Of a DNA stretch of 64,000 nt, positions 58,580-64,000 are shown one piece after another (position 1 is the first letter of the stretch; each line of letters opens with the position of its first letter). Made by a program: the position numbers and the translations under genes. The stretch lies in the NCBI GenBank assembly GCA_963745835.1, contig CAVUZH010000003.1, positions 96,001-160,000 on the forward strand. The letters run 5' to 3'. Below the pieces are notes generated by a model. It was not told where the DNA came from. It was given only the letters and a program-made list of their open reading frames with translations, and did no database searches. This stretch comes from an uncultured delta proteobacterium (GTDB lineage Bacteria; Desulfobacterota; Binatia; UBA9968).

Positions 58580-59560
58580 TTACCAGCCTAGCTCGGATCT
58601 TGCTCGCCGTAACAAGGTAAAATCCACAACTTCTGCTGGAGAAATATCTTTGTCGAATTTTCCGCTGAGTCGAGCCAGATCCATACTCAAGCGGATTCCT
58701 TTTTCATTGACCTCACCGTCTCGACTGAATGCTTTAAAAGCCAAGTCATAGGTTGCTGCCGCAACTTCGGGTTCCAACTTGAACCAAGTTTTAATGATCT
58801 CTACGGTTCCCGTCCTGTTTTCGCGGATATATTGAATACCTTTCAGACTCGCCCGGAGTAGTCGCCGGATTTGGTCTGAATTTTCCGCTATTCTCTTTTT
58901 AGTTGCACCTATTCCAGCAAGTGGCAGGTCAATGACATCTGCTGCGTTAACCAGTAAGTTAAGACCTGCCTTCTGACCTTCGATTGCGCCCTGAGGTCCA
59001 AGGGTCGCTCCATCAATATCGCCCAAAACAAGTCCTTGAAATCTATTAGTTTCATCCCCGAGCGGCCGAAAGATGACATCCTGACTTGGGTTTAGTCCCG
59101 CTGCCTTGAGAATCTCTATGGTAATATAATGTTGCGGTTGTCCGATTGCGTTTACTGCTACGGTCTTACCTTTCAGATCATTGATCGATTTTATATTCTT
59201 GCTACCCATCAAAAATTCCATCGGTCTCGAGCTAAAGCAGGCTAGAGCTTGAACGGGCGCGCCACGCATCGCCGCTAAAATCGTTCCTCCCAAACTCGTG
59301 GTGTATTCGATGCTTCCGGCAATCAATCCCGAAACAGCCGGACCTGACAAGATCTTTACGAGATCGACCTGAAGTTCCTCCTGAGTAAAAAAGCCTCGTC
59401 GATGCGCAACTATGAGCGGAAGGAATGTGGGAGAAGGACTGGGATACGCAATTACAACTCTTTCGGCGGCTGGAAGTTCTTGCGTTCCGAAGCTCAAAAA
59501 ATAGAAAATCAAAGAGAGGAGTGATAAAAGCGAAGCTAATTGTACCATGCGTGTCTTCAT
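58580..59560 (-). CDS. ABC substrate-binding protein, SsuA/THI5/NMT1 type
   Basis: Signal peptide; 'DLKGKTVAV', 'GDIDGA'. Confidence 0.88.
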   Translation of the reverse strand: MKTRMVQLASLLSLLSLIFYFLSFGTQELPAAERVVIAYPSPSPTFLPLIVAHRRGFFTQEELQVDLVKILSGPAVSGLIAGSIEYTTSLGGTILAAMRGAPVQALACFSSRPMEFLMGSKNIKSINDLKGKTVAVNAIGQPQHYITIEILKAAGLNPSQDVIFRPLGDETNRFQGLVLGDIDGATLGPQGAIEGQKAGLNLLVNAADVIDLPLAGIGATKKRIAENSDQIRRLLRASLKGIQYIRENRTGTVEIIKTWFKLEPEVAAATYDLAFKAFSRDGEVNEKGIRLSMDLARLSGKFDKDISPAEVVDFTLLRRARSELGW

Positions 59561-59658
59561 AACTGTCTTTGACTCGGCTTTCTAATCGTTACTCTGTGGC
59601 GCCAATTTTCTTGTTCAGATCTTTCCGCACTAGGTTTCCTAAAGTGCCTAAATACACA

Positions 59659-60261
59659 TTACTTGTGCGTCATTGCACTAGTGCCGATGATTTGGATCCC
59701 CTCCGATTTTTCTATATAGCGTACGAACCGGTATTTGCCTTCTTTACCATCCATGTCGGTGCTCATCCTTTTCCCGGCTGCTTCAATCTTTGCGACAATA
59801 TAAGAAGGATCCTGGCGGCGGAGTGTTGCTTGTATCTCGGACTCAAATTCATCGAGAGAGGAAACAGTCGTTGAATATTGGATTCCAGCCGCTTTTGCCA
59901 TTCCGGCCAAATCTGTCGGTCCCGCGGTTGCTGTCGGTAATCCTCCGGTGGCCATGTAACATTGATTGTCAAATACGATCACTACCAGGTTCTTGGGTTG
60001 TTGGTTTCCAATGGTCGCAATGGTGCTTAAGTTCAGAAGTACGCTGCCGTCTGATTCCAAGGCAATTACCCGACGATGTGGAAGTACGAGAGCGAGCCCC
60101 ATACTTAGGGGAGTACACAGTCCCATATTGATTTGATAAAGATTTGACTCTTTGGGTCTTAATGCGAACCATTCTCCTGCGACCCAGCCGAGAGTAGTTA
60201 CCACTAGATCCTCATCCTTTAAACGCGGAGCTAGAACAGCCAAACATTCATACCGCGTCAT
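59659..60261 (-). CDS. TPP-dependent decarboxylase beta subunit (sulfopyruvate/phosphonopyruvate decarboxylase ComE-like)
   Basis: 'NMGL', 'ESDGSVLLNL', 'FDNQCYMATGGLPT'. Confidence 0.85.
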   Translation of the reverse strand: MTRYECLAVLAPRLKDEDLVVTTLGWVAGEWFALRPKESNLYQINMGLCTPLSMGLALVLPHRRVIALESDGSVLLNLSTIATIGNQQPKNLVVIVFDNQCYMATGGLPTATAGPTDLAGMAKAAGIQYSTTVSSLDEFESEIQATLRRQDPSYIVAKIEAAGKRMSTDMDGKEGKYRFVRYIEKSEGIQIIGTSAMTHK

Positions 60262-60783
60262 CTAGAGGGTACCCCCTTCACCCCGGAGTATTTCGCCCGA
60301 GAGCAGAACGGCGACAGGATGTTGCCATAAGAAGGCTGATAACTTCGCGCCTGTTATCACTTCCTTAGTCTCTTCTGGTTTACTGACCCGAACATACGGT
60401 ATTTGCAACGTGTCGAGTAACGGCTCCGTCGTAAACTTATAAGTAATAAATCGCCAATTAGCTCGATCGCCGATCTCACCCCGGTGAGCAATAAGTATCA
60501 GGACAGGAATTCCATAGGCAACCGACAGTGATGCTAAAGGCCAAGTGGCGACAAGAAATCCTGAATCGGCAATTACTAAAGCTGGCTTTGCCCCGCCGAG
60601 CCACGCTCCTGCGCATGCAGCAACGCCTTCACCTTCGTTAGCCACTGCCAGCGATCTAATATCCGAATCCATCGAGATCAACTTCTGGGCGTCATGAATT
60701 TGATCGTCCGGCAGATAAGCGACGAAATTAATGCCTGATTCTTTAAGAGCTTCGTGGACGATGACTGCGTGTTCTTGCTTCAT
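60262..60783 (-). CDS. TPP-dependent decarboxylase alpha subunit (ComD-like)
   Basis: 'FVAYLPD', 'NEGEGVAACAGAWLGG', 'HRGEIG', 'TEPLLDTLQIPY'. Confidence 0.85.
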   Translation of the reverse strand: MKQEHAVIVHEALKESGINFVAYLPDDQIHDAQKLISMDSDIRSLAVANEGEGVAACAGAWLGGAKPALVIADSGFLVATWPLASLSVAYGIPVLILIAHRGEIGDRANWRFITYKFTTEPLLDTLQIPYVRVSKPEETKEVITGAKLSAFLWQHPVAVLLSGEILRGEGGTL

Positions 60784-61092
60784 ACTCTTGCGCCTCTTGT
60801 TACCTCCTTATATGCGCATGAGATTTGTGTCAATTGATTTGGTTCATCCGGCCTCCGCTAGTGATGAACATAAAGCGGTAAAATTCGCTTGCGGAACGGC
60901 CAAATCTGGTAGCGCTGACTTGAGGGCCGCTGTGTTCTTTGGCGAGATTTTCTTCGATGGAATACGCGGTATAACTATTCGAGATATGGCAGTCGGACAA
61001 GCAAGTTCTTTGGGCTAAGTAGGTCGCCTTTGACCTGCCAAACGCCCATTACCGCGTTTTCGCCGGACGCTCTCTTCGACAGTATTTAATCG

Positions 61093-61132
61093 ATGACACT
61101 GTCATGCCTTGACAATCTATTGTCACTGTCAT
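61093..61132. promoter_or_regulatory. Cluster of TGACA/TGTCA palindromes (candidate operator) in divergent promoter region
   Basis: ATGACA-C-TGTCAT (61093-61105), TGACAAT-CT-ATTGTCA (61110-61125), TGTCACTGTCAT (61121-61132). Confidence 0.55.
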
Positions 61133-61383
61133 AGTCGGTTGAGTGCCTTTAAAATCTTTCGCTGATCACTTACGCAGCTGGCGCTCTCAATTATTCCTAC
61201 GGTTAAAACGAGTCTTCGACGTCAAAAGCTTGGCGTTAGTCTGCGGCAGCAAAAGAATGGACGTGAATCAGTGCGGAATATCTTTTCTAGTTTATCCTAG
61301 TTTGGAACATCGAACTCGTGGTGGAATTTGTCTCCTAGAGTCCGACAAAAAGGGGTAGGGAGAGATAACTCTCAAGAAGCACG

Positions 61384-63759
61384 ATGACAATTGCCGTCGG
61401 ACATAACTCCCACCGCAGTGACGGAGATGACAAGGTTACAGGAAGGGCGCTTTACACTGGAGACCTGCAACTCCCAGGATTAATCTACGGCAAAGTTTTG
61501 CGAAGCCCGGTGGCCCATGCGCGCGTCACTTCGATCGATTCAGCCGGCGCAGAGCTCATGCCGGGGGTATTAGCAGTTCTTACTCGTGAAAAGTGCAGTT
61601 TGACGGAACCTTATTATGGTTCACTCATCAAAGACCAACCTATCATTGCCTTCGAAAAGGTACGTTATGCCGGTGATATTGTCGCTGCTGTGGCAGCTAC
61701 TGATGAGAATCTGGCTGAAAAGGCTCTCAGTGAAATCAAAATATCCTACGACGACATTCCCGCAGTGACGAGCGTCGATGAGGCGTTGGCAGTGGGGGCA
61801 CCCTTGGTCCACGAGAGTATCCGCCGCGGAAGATTGCCCGAATATGGTCGTGGCTCGTCTTATATCGTTCATGAAAAGAGTAACATCTGTCATCATTTCC
61901 GTTACGAGAGAGGAGACATCGAGAAAGGATTTAGAGAGGCAGATGCGACGTTCGAGGATACCTTTTATTTTCCCAGTGCTCATCACTATCCCATGGAATC
62001 CAACATCAGCGTGGCCAGTTTTGCCCGGGATGGCGTTACGATCTGGACCGGAACACAGGGACCATTCGTTCTGAGACAAGAAGTAGCGAGGCTTTTTGGG
62101 CTCTCATTGGAGCTGGTTCGAGTCATCGTTCCGGCAGTTGGCGGAGGGTACGGCGGAGCGAAGGGGCTGGTGCCATCGGTCATCGCTCTTGCGCTTTCAA
62201 GATTGGCTCAGCGGCCAGTTCGAGTGGCATTTAGTGCGGAAGAGAATTTCAGATCCATTTGTCAACCGCGGGCGAAGCTTGTCATCAAAACCGGGGTGAA
62301 GAGAGATGGTTCATTCATCGCCCGTCGTTGTCACGTCTATCTGGATGCCGGAGCATACGTCAATACGACACCGTCTGTAGCTGAAAAGGCCGGCTATCGA
62401 GCACATGGTCCCTACCGCATTCCACACGTTTTGACCGACTCATATGCGGTGTACACCAACACCGTGCCTGCGGGCTCATTTCGAGGGTTCGGCGGCCCGC
62501 AGGTGGCCTTTGCTTATGATTCGCATCTCGAGATGATTGCTCACCGCATGAAAATGGATCCCGTTGAGCTCAGGTTAAAAAATATGCTCTCCAAAGGCGA
62601 GGAGTTTGCGCTTGGGGATACGGTTATCGATTGTGATTTAAAGGGCGCGCTCCTGCAGATTACGGACGAAATTGGATTGAAACAAAAAGAAACCGACACT
62701 TTGGCGCCCGGAATTAAAAGGGGGAAAGGAGTAGCTTGCGCGGTCAAAGATGGCGGCGGAACTCGAAAGGCGGCGCATGCTATGGTTAAAATTCTGAATG
62801 ACGGAAGCGTACTCCTATTGTCCGGATCCGTGGAGATTGGGCAAGGTGTGCAAACCACGCTGCAACAAATCGTCGCCGAGGAGCTTACTTTACCGGTAGA
62901 GAAGATTCATATTGCTCAGATTGATACTGGCTTTACCCCGTTCGATCAAGGTACTAACGCGAGTAGCGCTACGACGGTTATGGGCGTCGCTGTTCTAAAC
63001 GCCGCAAAAGATGCGCGTCATCAACTCTCATTGGCCGTAAGCTCAAAAATGGGCGCACAGATTTCTGACGTACAACTACAAGGAGGTTGCATTGTTGTCG
63101 CTGGAAAATCGATCACCTTTCGGGATGCGGCCCGCCTCTGTTTCGGTGAGTCAGCTGGGGAGATCCTAGGACACGGTTTTTTTCAGTTTCCGGTCGACAA
63201 AAACGTGCCACTAGGTTCACCCAGCCCATTCTGGGAGATTGGATTCGCTGCTTGTGAGGTGGAGGTGGATGAGAAAACGGGATCGATCAAGTTGTTAAGA
63301 TACATCTCCTTGACGGACGCGGGCAAAATGATCCATCCACAGCAATGCGAAGGACAGGATGAAGGGGCTGCAATCTTTGGTATCGGCCAAGCACTTTTCG
63401 AAGACCTCGTTTACGACAATGGACAACTTCTTAATCCTAATCTGGTCGACTACCCTCTTCCAAGATTCCGAGATGTTCCGCTGAATTTTAGCACAATCAT
63501 TTTGGAGGAGGGCGGAGGCCCGGGCCCTTATGGCGCTAAGGGAATGGGCGAAGGTGGGATCTTGGCGGTTGCCCCGGCGATTTGCAACGCTGTCTTTAAT
63601 GCTACCGGAGTACGTATTCAGGAGGTGCCGATCAGAGGTGAGAGGCTGGTAAGGGCGCTGCGGAGTAGATCCTGCTCACCGCTGGCGGAACAGCCGGACA
63701 ATGAGGTTGCTGATCGGACACAATCAAACAAAATGCGAGATTACAGTAAAGGCAACTGA
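61384..63759 (+). CDS. Xanthine dehydrogenase family molybdopterin-binding (large) subunit
   Basis: 'KVTGRALY', 'LRSPVAHA', 'VGGGYGG', 'FRGFGGPQ', 'EIGQG', 'GAKGMGEGG'. Confidence 0.93.
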   Translation: MTIAVGHNSHRSDGDDKVTGRALYTGDLQLPGLIYGKVLRSPVAHARVTSIDSAGAELMPGVLAVLTREKCSLTEPYYGSLIKDQPIIAFEKVRYAGDIVAAVAATDENLAEKALSEIKISYDDIPAVTSVDEALAVGAPLVHESIRRGRLPEYGRGSSYIVHEKSNICHHFRYERGDIEKGFREADATFEDTFYFPSAHHYPMESNISVASFARDGVTIWTGTQGPFVLRQEVARLFGLSLELVRVIVPAVGGGYGGAKGLVPSVIALALSRLAQRPVRVAFSAEENFRSICQPRAKLVIKTGVKRDGSFIARRCHVYLDAGAYVNTTPSVAEKAGYRAHGPYRIPHVLTDSYAVYTNTVPAGSFRGFGGPQVAFAYDSHLEMIAHRMKMDPVELRLKNMLSKGEEFALGDTVIDCDLKGALLQITDEIGLKQKETDTLAPGIKRGKGVACAVKDGGGTRKAAHAMVKILNDGSVLLLSGSVEIGQGVQTTLQQIVAEELTLPVEKIHIAQIDTGFTPFDQGTNASSATTVMGVAVLNAAKDARHQLSLAVSSKMGAQISDVQLQGGCIVVAGKSITFRDAARLCFGESAGEILGHGFFQFPVDKNVPLGSPSPFWEIGFAACEVEVDEKTGSIKLLRYISLTDAGKMIHPQQCEGQDEGAAIFGIGQALFEDLVYDNGQLLNPNLVDYPLPRFRDVPLNFSTIILEEGGGPGPYGAKGMGEGGILAVAPAICNAVFNATGVRIQEVPIRGERLVRALRSRSCSPLAEQPDNEVADRTQSNKMRDYSKGN

Positions 63760-64000
63760 GGTGTTCAACGGAAGAAGCCCATACATTTTCCACTAACTGC
63801 TAAGCGGCAAAGCTCGTGCAAAATTGATGATGCGCTTTTCACTCACGTCCGAGTAATAATCGAAATTGAATTACTTTTCACAAGGTCACACCTCCAACAG
63901 CTAAGAATCAAATTCGGCTAAGTACTTTGCCGAAAAACCGAAAGTTTTCTCACCGCTTTCTTATTCAGTTTTCAACTAGCGCCGAGCACCACCGGCGACT

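Overview
64-kb bacterial chromosomal window, moderately GC-rich, with an A/T-richer right third (judged by eye, not computed). It consists mostly of small-molecule uptake and catabolism genes. Twelve solute-binding-fold genes are present (nine SsuA/THI5/NMT1-type, two AfuA/FbpA-type, one Bug/TctC) against a single importer permease/ATPase pair. This architecture suggests a Binatota/deltaproteobacteria-like organism (inference). Recognisable housekeeping genes are an orphan rpoZ and a glgC that looks cyanobacterial. Other elements: (i) several unannotated Cys/His microproteins, one with classical C2H2 spacing set between a sigma54-like promoter and a 3'-UTR hairpin exposing an anti-Shine-Dalgarno loop; (ii) 9-bp-periodic (T)GGAAC arrays upstream of three genes; (iii) a decayed phage virion gene ending near a tRNA 3'-end (att-like) fragment at about 44.9-46.1 kb; (iv) a 46-64 kb catabolic cluster with three divergent PuuE/polysaccharide-deacetylase-fold genes, an ABC importer, a class II aldolase, a PanE-like reductase, a GatC-like/amidase pair, a ComDE-like TPP decarboxylase and a xanthine-dehydrogenase-family Mo subunit; (v) several pseudogenes. 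No rRNA, intact tRNA, CRISPR array or intact transposase was seen. All product calls come from motif recognition by eye; no database searches were run.
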